DNA from: Caldisericia bacterium
GTDB lineage: Bacteria > Caldisericota > Caldisericia > B22-G15
NCBI GenBank assembly: GCA_021158845.1
Contig: JAGGSY010000086.1
Coordinates: 1 to 30,004 of the forward strand
Length of the DNA: 30,004 nt
Direction: 5' to 3'
Shown here: piece by piece, positions 1 through 7,860 of the stretch
How the letters are laid out: every line of letters begins with the position of its first letter
How positions within the stretch are numbered: the first letter of the stretch is position 1
Notes under the pieces: model-generated
Told to the model about the DNA's origin: nothing
Databases searched by the model: none
The model's input: the letters and a program-made list of their open reading frames with translations, nothing else
Position numbers and translations under genes: made by a program

Positions 1-29
1 AAAAAAGGGAGGCAGTTTGCCTCCCTTTT
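1..29 (-). terminator. Rho-independent terminator ending the hutP-fdrA-xdh operon (possibly bidirectional)
   Basis: Perfect 12-bp inverted repeat AAAAGGGAGGCA(3-14)-GTT-TGCCTCCCTTTT(18-29). A6 at 1-6 reads as a U-tract on the minus strand. Lies about 25 bp past the stop at 54. Confidence 0.9.
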
Positions 30-53
30 GATTTGATATTATAAACTCTTTCT

Positions 54-2441
54 TTAAGCCTCTTTTTTCTTTGTTGGAGCCATGAAGAAGTCATCAACCT
101 CCTTCTTTCCGTGTAGAAGAGCAAGAGCGATCTTTTCTGCTGTAATTGGCATTGCTTTTACCCTTACTCCAACAGCATCTTCAACTGCATTGGCTATTGC
201 TGGAGCAACGGGAATCATAACATGCTCTGCCATACCTCTTGCACCAAATGGTCCATCGTGTTGAGGAACTTCTACAAATATTGGTATAAATTCATCCGGT
301 ATATCAAGAGATGTTGGAATCTTGTAGTCTGTGAAGTTTGGATTGAGGATCTTTCCATTTTCATCAATCCTCATGTCTTCATAGAGAGCTGTTGCAATTC
401 CCTGAACAGCACCACCTATAAGCTGCCCTTTTAGAGTTTCAGGGTTGAGAGCCTTTCCAACATCTATTGCCTCTGCAAGTTTAAGAATGTGAACTCTTCC
501 AGTCTCTTTATCAATCTCAAGAACAACTCCTCCAGCTCCCACTGTGTAGTGAACATTTGGATGTCCACCCTGGCTTGTCTCTGGATCCTGAAGCGCAGAT
601 GCAAATTCAACCATGATTGATCCACTTCCAACAATCGCCTGACCTCTGTATGTTCCATCCTCCATCATAATTCCATTAATCACAAAATCTTTGAGTGGGA
701 GTTCAAAGTCTGGGTCTGTTGTACATTTAACCTTCTCATCTTCAAGATAGAGATGGTCCTTTTCATAGTTAAGTGCTCTATGAACAACATCAAATATCTT
801 CTCTCTTGCATCAAGGGCAGCTCTCTTTACAGCATTTCCAAGTAACCATGTAGAGTGAGAAGCAACAGTCTGCCAGTGGTATGGGTTTCTATCTGTATCT
901 GGAAGTTCCACTCTAATCTTCTCTGGTGGTACAGATAGAATTTCAGCTGCAATCTGAGCCATTACAGTGTACATTCCCTGTCCTATTTCCATTCCTGAGA
1001 CAAGTATATTTATACTTCCATCTTCGTTGAACTTAAGAAATGCAGAACAGGTAACATTTGGAGGCATTGCTGGTGCCTTCCATAATGCTGCTATTCCTTT
1101 TCCTATTGCTTTCTTTGGATCTTTACTCTCCTCTTTCTCCTCAAGTTTTATTGCATCTGCAACCTTATCAATACATTCAATAAGACCATTTTCATTCATT
1201 GGAGCACCGTAGGCGAGTGGATCTCCTTCCTTTATTCCGTTTATTTTTCTAAACTCTCTTGGGCTCATTCCAAGTGCTTTTGCAATTCTTGTCATGTGGG
1301 ACTCAATAGAGAACATTATCTCTGAATACCCAAATCCTCTGTACGGTCCTGCTGCTGGAAAGTTTGTGTATATGCAAAGTCCATCCATCTTTATATTAGG
1401 AATATTATAAGGTCCTGTTGCTGATAGAGTGGCAGCATTTACAACATTTGCTCCATACTCTACATATGGACCAGCATCCCAATAGTCTGTACGTTCGAGG
1501 GCAGTTATCCTTCCATCCTTCTTTACACCTACTTTTAATTTAGTTATAACTTGCTGCCTCATATAGGTGTTGTAGAATTCCTGATCTCTCCTCCACCTTA
1601 CCTTCACAGGATGCCCCTTTACAGCTGTTGCTAAAGCTGCAGCAATTATCTCCATGGTTACTCCAGCTTTTCCTCCAAATCCTCCACCAACATATGGGAC
1701 AATTTCTCTTATATTCTGTTCTGTAAAACCAAGCGGTCTGAGCGCTTCAGCGATTAGGTGTCTCTGTGTATGAGGGGATTGAGAGGAAGCCCAGATGGTA
1801 AGCCTTCCATTGTAGTCAACAAAACCTACTGCAATATGTGTTTCCATACAGCAGTGTGCATATCTTGGAATCCTGTATGTATCTTCAAGTATAAAATCTG
1901 CTTCAGCAAATCCTTTCTCAACATCGCCCTTTCTCACCTTTCTCCAGTGTGCGATATTTGTCCCACCATGGGGGTAATACCATGGAACATGGGGGTAGGA
2001 AGCTAACTCTGGATGAATTATTGGCGCATCTTCCTTTATTGCTTCAAGGGGATCAAAAACTGCTGGAAGCGGTTCATACTCAACCTTTACAAGTTTTGCA
2101 GCCTTTTTCGCAGTTTTTGGATCTCTTGCAATAACTGCTGCGACCTGCTCTCCTATAAATCTTACCCTATCCTGAGCAAAGATATATCTATCCTTCATAT
2201 ATAGACCAAACTTGTAGGGAAAGTCTTTTCCAGTCACTACCTTTACAACTCCTGGAACCTTTTCTGCTTCAGATGTATCAATGGAGAGAATCTTTGCATG
2301 GGCATAAGGACTTTCAACTATCTCTGCATAGAGAAGATTTGGACCAAAGTTTATATCATCAACATACTTTGCAGCACCAGTAACTTTATCCTTTTCATCT
2401 ATTCTATTTATTGGCTTTCCAATGAATTTGTATTCACTCAT
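54..2441 (-). CDS. Xanthine dehydrogenase family molybdopterin-binding (large) subunit
   Basis: 795 aa. N-terminal RIDEKDKVTGAAKYVDD hammerhead start, Moco-loop motifs GGGFGGK, YRGFG, EIGQG, and C-terminal GPFGARGMAE with the catalytic Glu position. SD GGAGGAG upstream. Confidence 0.95.
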   Translation of the reverse strand: MSEYKFIGKPINRIDEKDKVTGAAKYVDDINFGPNLLYAEIVESPYAHAKILSIDTSEAEKVPGVVKVVTGKDFPYKFGLYMKDRYIFAQDRVRFIGEQVAAVIARDPKTAKKAAKLVKVEYEPLPAVFDPLEAIKEDAPIIHPELASYPHVPWYYPHGGTNIAHWRKVRKGDVEKGFAEADFILEDTYRIPRYAHCCMETHIAVGFVDYNGRLTIWASSQSPHTQRHLIAEALRPLGFTEQNIREIVPYVGGGFGGKAGVTMEIIAAALATAVKGHPVKVRWRRDQEFYNTYMRQQVITKLKVGVKKDGRITALERTDYWDAGPYVEYGANVVNAATLSATGPYNIPNIKMDGLCIYTNFPAAGPYRGFGYSEIMFSIESHMTRIAKALGMSPREFRKINGIKEGDPLAYGAPMNENGLIECIDKVADAIKLEEKEESKDPKKAIGKGIAALWKAPAMPPNVTCSAFLKFNEDGSINILVSGMEIGQGMYTVMAQIAAEILSVPPEKIRVELPDTDRNPYHWQTVASHSTWLLGNAVKRAALDAREKIFDVVHRALNYEKDHLYLEDEKVKCTTDPDFELPLKDFVINGIMMEDGTYRGQAIVGSGSIMVEFASALQDPETSQGGHPNVHYTVGAGGVVLEIDKETGRVHILKLAEAIDVGKALNPETLKGQLIGGAVQGIATALYEDMRIDENGKILNPNFTDYKIPTSLDIPDEFIPIFVEVPQHDGPFGARGMAEHVMIPVAPAIANAVEDAVGVRVKAMPITAEKIALALLHGKKEVDDFFMAPTKKKEA

Positions 2442-2452
2442 CTTGCTCCTCC

Positions 2453-2917
2453 TTAATATTTCTTTGAGGCGTCAAGAATTGCCTCAATTATAGAAACATA
2501 CCCTGTACAACGGCAAAGGTTCCCACTTATAGCTTCTTTTACCTCTTCTTCTGTTGGATGAGGATTCTTCTTTAGGAGTTCTGTGGCAGTCATTATCATT
2601 CCAGGAGCACAGAAACCACACTGGAATGAGTTATGCTCAATAAAGGATTCCTGAAGTGGGGTAAGCTTATCCTTTGAAAGACCTTCAAGGGTAGTTATCT
2701 CATGACCATCCACCTCTACTGCAAGAATAAGGCAACTTCTTACACTCTTTCCATCGAGAAGAACTGTACATGTTCCACAGTCTCCTCTCCCACACCCATA
2801 CTTTGGAGCAGTTATTCCAAGTTTTGTCCTTAAAACTTCAAGAAGGATATCGTTAGGTTCAACTTCAATGGTTCTCTTTTCTCCATTTAAGATAAAAGTT
2901 ATGGTTTTCTTTTCCAT
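2453..2917 (-). CDS. XDH family (2Fe-2S)-binding small subunit (CoxS/XdhC-like)
   Basis: CGRGDCGTC...SC and QCGFCAPG...NLCRCTGY cluster motifs. Start moved from 2965 to ATG at 2917 (MEKKTITF), which has SD GGAGGA and removes the overlap with the FAD subunit. Confidence 0.95.
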   Translation of the reverse strand: MEKKTITFILNGEKRTIEVEPNDILLEVLRTKLGITAPKYGCGRGDCGTCTVLLDGKSVRSCLILAVEVDGHEITTLEGLSKDKLTPLQESFIEHNSFQCGFCAPGMIMTATELLKKNPHPTEEEVKEAISGNLCRCTGYVSIIEAILDASKKY

Positions 2918-2927
2918 TTTTATCCTC

Positions 2928-3818
2928 CTATATGAGCCTTGTCCCATAATCGGGACCCTTTCCATTCAATCTTTCAACTGCTGCTTTAAGAGCTCTATCA
3001 AGCATAACCTTTGCCATATGCATTCTGTACTCTTTTGTTGCTCTTATATCTGTAATGGGGGAGATCTCCTCTTCTACAAGTTTCTTAGCCTCTTCAATCA
3101 AGGAATCGGAAAGTTCTTTGCCGTTGAGAAGAGATTCAATCTTCTTTGCCCTTGTTGGTTTTGGACCTACTGCACAGAAGGCAACTCTGTATTCATTTCC
3201 AGATAATACAAGAACACCTACTCCAACCTGAGCAAGGTCTTCTCCATTGTATCTTCCAAGTTTTACATAACATCCTGCATGTTTTTTCTGTGGGAGAGGT
3301 ATCTCAATGTATTCTACAAGTTCTCCCTCTTTAAGTGCTGTCTTTCTCGGTCCAAGGAACCACTCTTCAATAGGAATTCTTCTTTCTCCATCTTTACCCT
3401 TTACCACAACAGTTGCCTCATACAGAAGAAGAGCAGGTCCAGAATCAAGGGATGGAACTGCAGAACATATATTTCCAACCATTGTTGCCCTGTTTCTTAT
3501 TCCCATGGATGCAACACTTTTTGCACTTTCCCATAAAAGTGGAAACTTCTCCTTTACAGTTTCATCATCAATTATTTCGTTGAAAGTAGTAAGGGATCCC
3601 ACTATCAATTTGTTATCTTTAAATTCCAACTTCTTTAACTCCTTAAGACCTTTAATGTCAATTACTGCATCTGGAGTTTCAAAACCATCTTTAATTCTTA
3701 CAACAAGATCAGTTCCACCAGAAAGAATCCTTGCTTTAGCACCATACTTATTTAAAAGTTTAATGGCTTCATCAATTGATGAAGGTTTAAAATACTCAAA
3801 CTCATGAGCTATAATCAT
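2928..3818 (-). CDS. XDH family FAD-binding medium subunit (CoxM/XdhB-like)
   Basis: FEYFKPSSIDEAI, LSGGTDL, IRNRATMVGNI, DSGPAL, PITDIRATKEYR motifs; 296 aa. Confidence 0.95.
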   Translation of the reverse strand: MIIAHEFEYFKPSSIDEAIKLLNKYGAKARILSGGTDLVVRIKDGFETPDAVIDIKGLKELKKLEFKDNKLIVGSLTTFNEIIDDETVKEKFPLLWESAKSVASMGIRNRATMVGNICSAVPSLDSGPALLLYEATVVVKGKDGERRIPIEEWFLGPRKTALKEGELVEYIEIPLPQKKHAGCYVKLGRYNGEDLAQVGVGVLVLSGNEYRVAFCAVGPKPTRAKKIESLLNGKELSDSLIEEAKKLVEEEISPITDIRATKEYRMHMAKVMLDRALKAAVERLNGKGPDYGTRLI

Positions 3819-3832
3819 ATCGTACCTCCAGA

Positions 3833-4651
3833 TTATTCAGGTGGTTCAAGGGCAATAACCCTCATCATAGAGGATTCAAACTCAATTGCCCTTAATGGAA
3901 AAGCACCAATCCATACCCTCTTATTTTTTAACTTGTCTATATCACCACCAAGGTTTTCAGCATGAACAAGTCCCTTAGGGAATAGTTTAAGATGCATCAC
4001 CTGATAGTACTCCTCGGGAGGGAACATCTCATCCCAACTCTTTCCATACTTTTCCTTAAGTTTCTTTTCTGCCTCCTGAAATGCTTTGGGATGCCACTGT
4101 CTTATTATTGTGTTCATGGGGTGATCAGCACTACCACAATCAACACCTATCCACTTAAACTTCATCTCGAGCGCCCATTTATGAAATTCAGGGTCAGGTC
4201 CTGGATGCTTTACAAAGTATCTTACCTCATCAGACTCTGGCTGATCCCACGCATACCTGTGATACCCTGTATTTATGATTAGAATATCACCCTTTCTAAT
4301 ATCTGCCTTTTCCATGAGCATCTCTGGGGAATAGAGGTCGTAATCTCCAACCTCATCAGATATATCCACAACAACACCAGGTCCAATCCATTCTTCAATA
4401 GGAACCTCACCTATGGATCTTCCACTTGCATGGAAGTGAATCTCTCCATCCATATGAGTTCCCACATGATGGCTTGTTGTTATTACCTGACCATTGGCTC
4501 CCTGTCCCATGTGCGCACCAGCAATTCTCTTGAAGTATTGAACACTTAAAGGGATATAGCTTGGCCATGGAGGAGTGTGCACACTCAAAGGCTGTGTTAG
4601 ATCATAGACCTTAACTTTACCCATAAACTCCAAAAATTCATCAATGTTCAT
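3833..4651 (-). CDS. Cyclase family metal-dependent hydrolase (kynurenine formamidase/isatin hydrolase fold)
   Basis: YDLTQPL start, HVGTHMDGEIH (variant of HxGTHxDxPxH), GVDCGSADHP, HAENL; SD AAGGAGG. Confidence 0.9.
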   Translation of the reverse strand: MNIDEFLEFMGKVKVYDLTQPLSVHTPPWPSYIPLSVQYFKRIAGAHMGQGANGQVITTSHHVGTHMDGEIHFHASGRSIGEVPIEEWIGPGVVVDISDEVGDYDLYSPEMLMEKADIRKGDILIINTGYHRYAWDQPESDEVRYFVKHPGPDPEFHKWALEMKFKWIGVDCGSADHPMNTIIRQWHPKAFQEAEKKLKEKYGKSWDEMFPPEEYYQVMHLKLFPKGLVHAENLGGDIDKLKNKRVWIGAFPLRAIEFESSMMRVIALEPPE

Positions 4652-4661
4652 CTTAACCTCC

Positions 4662-4835
4662 TTACTTTCCCAGTAATTTCTTTAGAGCTTCCATTACCTC
4701 CTCATCTCCACCTGCAGGTGGCCTCCAATCCACCTGAATAACCTTAACTCCTGCATCTTCAAGGCTTTCTTTAAATGAGAGAAGCCCAATGTTTATAACC
4801 TTGAGTTCTTTTCCAAATAGATCCTTTATAGCCAT
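4662..4835 (-). CDS. 57-aa stand-alone 'FdrA domain' protein (module found at the C-terminus of E. coli FdrA and N-terminus of YahG)
   Basis: Not in the ORF track. Manual translation: MAIKDLFGKELKVINIGLLSFKESLEDAGVKVIQVDWRPPAGGDEEVMEALKKLLGK*. ATG overlaps the fdrA stop (TAATG), SD GGAGGTG upstream, and it fills the gap exactly. INIGL..F and DWRPPAGG match the module from memory. Confidence 0.85.
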   Translation of the reverse strand: MAIKDLFGKELKVINIGLLSFKESLEDAGVKVIQVDWRPPAGGDEEVMEALKKLLGK

Positions 4836-6412
4836 TACTTATCACCTCCCAGCTTCTTTACAATGTATGCAGATAGTTTGCTTGCTGCAGCATTTGATGG
4901 CATAACTATGGCTCCTGCCTCTTTAAGTTCCTTCTCTACCTTATCTTTATTCTGTGGGTCTTTCTTTGTTCCAGTTATGGAGCAAATGATGGATAAATCT
5001 CTTCCCTCCTTCTTTGCCATCTCCTTTGCTTTCTTAATCACTGGGGCAAGTTCCTCTCCCGGTTTCATATTGGAGCCATACCCAAGTACTACATCAAGTA
5101 GAATTACTGCTACCTCTGGATCCTTTGCCTCTTCAAGAATCCTTTTATTTCTTAAGGTATAATCAATCATTGGGTGTGGTCTTCCAACTGTGAATTCATC
5201 CTCTCCTAAATCAACCACTGTGTTCTTAAAACTCTTCCATGAGTCTTTAAGCTTAAATTCTTCCTTTAGAGGTGCATTACCATATGCATAACCAATCATA
5301 TCCTTAAAGAGAAGTTGAGCCTCATCACATAGTGTTCCTCCTGTGTATAATCCTCTAACATACTTCTGCCCCTCTTTCTTCTTTGAAGCTTCCTCCTCAG
5401 CAAGTTTCTTAATCTCCTCTTCTCTTTCCTCAAGGAGTTTTTTAAACTCATCCATGCTCTTTCCTTTTGAGAGAGAAGCTGCAATGAGTCCTGCCTCCTC
5501 AAGGGTGTTGGCTGGAATGGCTCCGGCATTTTTAACCACTTCCGGATCTCCTCCAATAAATATTCCAACAACTGGTTTCTTAATCTCTTCCTTTATAAGA
5601 TTTGCAATCTTCTTTAGTACATCCTCGTGTGGTGGTTTAGATACAAGGGCAATAACCTTTGTGTTTTCATCCTCGTTAAGTGCCTTCATTCCCTCAAGAA
5701 ACATTATTCCACCAACATCCTTTTTAACATCCCTTCCACCTGTTCCTATAGCTTGAGATATTCCTGCTCCCTCATTTGTAATTACACAACTTACCTCCTG
5801 AAGTCCTGTTCCAGATGCTGCCACAATTCCTATGTCTCCACGATTCACTACATTTGCAAAGGCAAGTGGAGCTCCATTTATTATTGCAGTTCCACAATCT
5901 GGTCCCATTACAAGAAGTCCTTTATCCCTTGCATACTTCTTAAGTTCGATCTCCTTTTCAAGGGGAACATTGTCTGAGAAGAGCATAACATGGAGGCCTT
6001 TCTCAAGTGCTTTCATCGCTTCATCTCCAGCATACTTTCCTGCAACAGAGATAAGCACGAGATTTGCATCTGGCATGATCTCCAGTGCACCTTCAAGACT
6101 CTTCGGTAGATAGTCTCCAGCCTCTTCAAATTTTGTTCTGCTCTCCTGAAGGTCTTTTTCTGCCTTTTCAAGCATCTTTTCAGCGAGAGATTCATCCTTT
6201 GCTTTGACAACAATAATGAGATCAGAATCCTTTGCTTGCTTAAACTCATCAAGCAGCATTCCAGAAGATTCAAGAATGGACTTGTTCTCATCTGTCCCCA
6301 TAACAATAGCAGCATCTTCAACTCCTTCAACCTCTGTAAGACCTTTAGCCACGAGCATGAGAGTCACAGAATCAAAGTACTGACCTTTCTTAACAACACC
6401 TTTTACAACCAT
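4835..6412 (-). CDS. fdrA: FdrA/AllF acyl-CoA-synthetase-like protein (oxamate carbamoyltransferase subunit family)
   Basis: GQYFDSVTLM start, LFSDNV, MGPDCGT, IVAASGTG, AIGTGGRD, GLYTGGTLC, VGRPHPMID; 525 aa. Confidence 0.93.
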   Translation of the reverse strand: MVVKGVVKKGQYFDSVTLMLVAKGLTEVEGVEDAAIVMGTDENKSILESSGMLLDEFKQAKDSDLIIVVKAKDESLAEKMLEKAEKDLQESRTKFEEAGDYLPKSLEGALEIMPDANLVLISVAGKYAGDEAMKALEKGLHVMLFSDNVPLEKEIELKKYARDKGLLVMGPDCGTAIINGAPLAFANVVNRGDIGIVAASGTGLQEVSCVITNEGAGISQAIGTGGRDVKKDVGGIMFLEGMKALNEDENTKVIALVSKPPHEDVLKKIANLIKEEIKKPVVGIFIGGDPEVVKNAGAIPANTLEEAGLIAASLSKGKSMDEFKKLLEEREEEIKKLAEEEASKKKEGQKYVRGLYTGGTLCDEAQLLFKDMIGYAYGNAPLKEEFKLKDSWKSFKNTVVDLGEDEFTVGRPHPMIDYTLRNKRILEEAKDPEVAVILLDVVLGYGSNMKPGEELAPVIKKAKEMAKKEGRDLSIICSITGTKKDPQNKDKVEKELKEAGAIVMPSNAAASKLSAYIVKKLGGDK

Positions 6413-7287
6413 ACTTCTCCTCCTTTCATCAAAGTCATAAATAATCCTGTCCCAATATCACTCCCTGAAGTATCTCCTACCCCCATTAGCTTAAAGAAGT
6501 ACTCTTCCACATCTCTCGGACTCTTATAAATAATTGAGATAATCAGGTTTTTTGCCCTCTCGAAAAACTCTCCTCTACTTGAAAAGTATAAAAATGATGA
6601 TGAGATTAGGTTATGAGTTTTAGATAATTTATATATTTTAGCCCTAACAGTGGTTAAATCATAATTAAACAAATTTTCAAGGATATAGAGCCCTGAAAGA
6701 ACTCCAGATATGAAATCATCTCCACTTGGAGTGAGACCATAGCCTACTCCCTTTAGCAGATTAATCCCTGATTCTACTCTTCCACTGAACAACTCATCAG
6801 CGCCTTTCTTTATTCTTCTCACAAAAGTTCTTTCAAATTCACTTTTGAAATAACCTTCCCTTCTTTTGTCCAGAAGGAAGGATAAACTCCGTTCTGGTGA
6901 ATGGAAAATAAGTAGATCTCTTAGAGTGTTAAGGTTCTTTTTGTACCTATCCATGGAAAACTCTAAAGAGAAGTCAATTTTTGAAGAGTAGACTAAATTT
7001 TTGTTTATTTCAAAACGACTTTCATTCACAATTATAAAACCGTCTCCAACAGATAAAGTTTTTACACAATTTATCGGAAAACCTCTTATCACTATATTCA
7101 CAGGACCTCCTCCCACTTCCTCTGTAACCACCGATGCAAGATAACCATCTTTTACAAAATTCACCACCCTTTTAAATCTTGAGTGAAGTTTGTAATTCCC
7201 TATATGGAGCCTATCTCCTATACTTAATAATTCTAACTTATGGATATTGGTTTCTAAATTTTTTTTTAATAGAGTTTTTTCTTTCAC
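6403..7287 (-). CDS. DUF2877 family protein (YlbF/AllH/YahE-like)
   Basis: GVGYGLTPSGDDFISG and GDTSGSD motifs, directly upstream of fdrA as in all/yah clusters. GTG start is somewhat uncertain. Confidence 0.85.
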   Translation of the reverse strand: MKEKTLLKKNLETNIHKLELLSIGDRLHIGNYKLHSRFKRVVNFVKDGYLASVVTEEVGGGPVNIVIRGFPINCVKTLSVGDGFIIVNESRFEINKNLVYSSKIDFSLEFSMDRYKKNLNTLRDLLIFHSPERSLSFLLDKRREGYFKSEFERTFVRRIKKGADELFSGRVESGINLLKGVGYGLTPSGDDFISGVLSGLYILENLFNYDLTTVRAKIYKLSKTHNLISSSFLYFSSRGEFFERAKNLIISIIYKSPRDVEEYFFKLMGVGDTSGSDIGTGLFMTLMKGGEVWL

Positions 7288-7292
7288 TTAGA

Positions 7293-7742
7293 CTACCTTA
7301 GATGCATAATTCCAAGTGCAGCCTTTTCATGATTTGTAATGGGATAAAAGGCTGAATCTCCAAATATTCCAACACAAAGCCATCTTCCATCAGATACTAT
7401 CCCAACTTTAAGGGAGAGGGAGGAATCTAAAGACTCATTTAATATAAGGGAATTTAACGCTTCAAGAGAGGCATGAACGAGGGCATGAACCTCCGGAACT
7501 GTTTTGTTAATGACATTACAATTCAATGCAGCGCCAAGAACTGCTGGAATCAACTTTTTTCTAATATCAGAGGCAAATCCTGCTACCCGCGTAACACCTA
7601 TTTTGTACTTCTTAAGTTCAGAAAGTTTCTTTTTTAACTCTACTTCCTCCTCATCTGAAGACATTGCAAGTAGAAGTGCCGCCTTACCTACCCTATCCAC
7701 ATTCATTCTAAATTCTGTTGCAACTACACTCTTTTTTTCCAT
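7293..7742 (-). CDS. hutP: HutP family RNA-binding regulatory protein
   Basis: 149 aa (B. subtilis HutP is about 148). HxxxH (H86, H90) plus H138. C-terminal KVGIVSDGRWLCVGIFGD...NHEKAALGIMHL strand pattern typical of HutP. Confidence 0.82.
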   Translation of the reverse strand: MEKKSVVATEFRMNVDRVGKAALLLAMSSDEEEVELKKKLSELKKYKIGVTRVAGFASDIRKKLIPAVLGAALNCNVINKTVPEVHALVHASLEALNSLILNESLDSSLSLKVGIVSDGRWLCVGIFGDSAFYPITNHEKAALGIMHLR

Positions 7743-7750
7743 ATCCTCTC

Positions 7751-7767
7751 CTATTCTCTAAAATCTA
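7751..7767 (-). promoter_or_regulatory. Putative HutP-binding RNA element UAG-N4-UAG-N4-UAG overlapping the hutP Shine-Dalgarno
   Basis: Minus strand reads UAG AUUU UAG AGAA UAG GAGAGG AU AUG. CTA triplets on the + strand at 7751, 7758 and 7765, exactly 7 nt apart. Confidence 0.75.
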
Positions 7768-7774
7768 CATTTAA

Positions 7775-7803
7775 ATTATTAACTATCTACTTAAAGTTGT
7801 CAA
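7775..7803 (-). promoter_or_regulatory. Sigma70/SigA promoter of the hutP operon
   Basis: TTGACA (7803-7798), 17-nt spacer, AATAAT (7780-7775). Predicted TSS about 7768-7770. Confidence 0.75.
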
Positions 7804-7825
7804 GTAAAATTGGTGTCCGATTCGC

Positions 7826-7854
7826 TTTATATAAAAGAGGTTTTTTGGTATATT
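7826..7854 (+). promoter_or_regulatory. Extended -10 promoter for the DUF4388-mglB-mglA operon (probably leaderless)
   Basis: TG-G-TATATT at 7846-7854, weak -35 TTTATA at 7826-7831 (17-nt spacer). ATG at 7861 is 6 nt past the -10, with no SD. Confidence 0.55.
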
Positions 7855-7860
7855 TTTAGT

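Noticed and set aside
2918-2965. 16-aa N-terminal extension of the 2Fe-2S subunit in the ORF track
   Set aside because: It overlaps the FAD-subunit 3' end. A strong SD precedes ATG 2917, and homology starts at MEKKTITF.
54-3818. Aerobic CO dehydrogenase (coxMSL gene order)
   Set aside because: The large subunit lacks the VAYRCSFR Cu-binding loop, and no cox accessory genes are present.
7259-7267. A9 homopolymer near the 5' end of the DUF2877 gene as a phase-variation site
   Set aside because: The frame is intact, homopolymers of this length are expected in an AT-rich genome, and there is no other support.
7781-7790. Additional TAG pair (GTAGATAG) upstream of hutP
   Set aside because: It lies in the promoter spacer, so it is not transcribed, and the spacing is 1 nt rather than 4.
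7810-7860. Longer start for the DUF4388 gene
   Set aside because: This stretch looks like promoter DNA (extended -10), and the domain begins at MKLKGEL.
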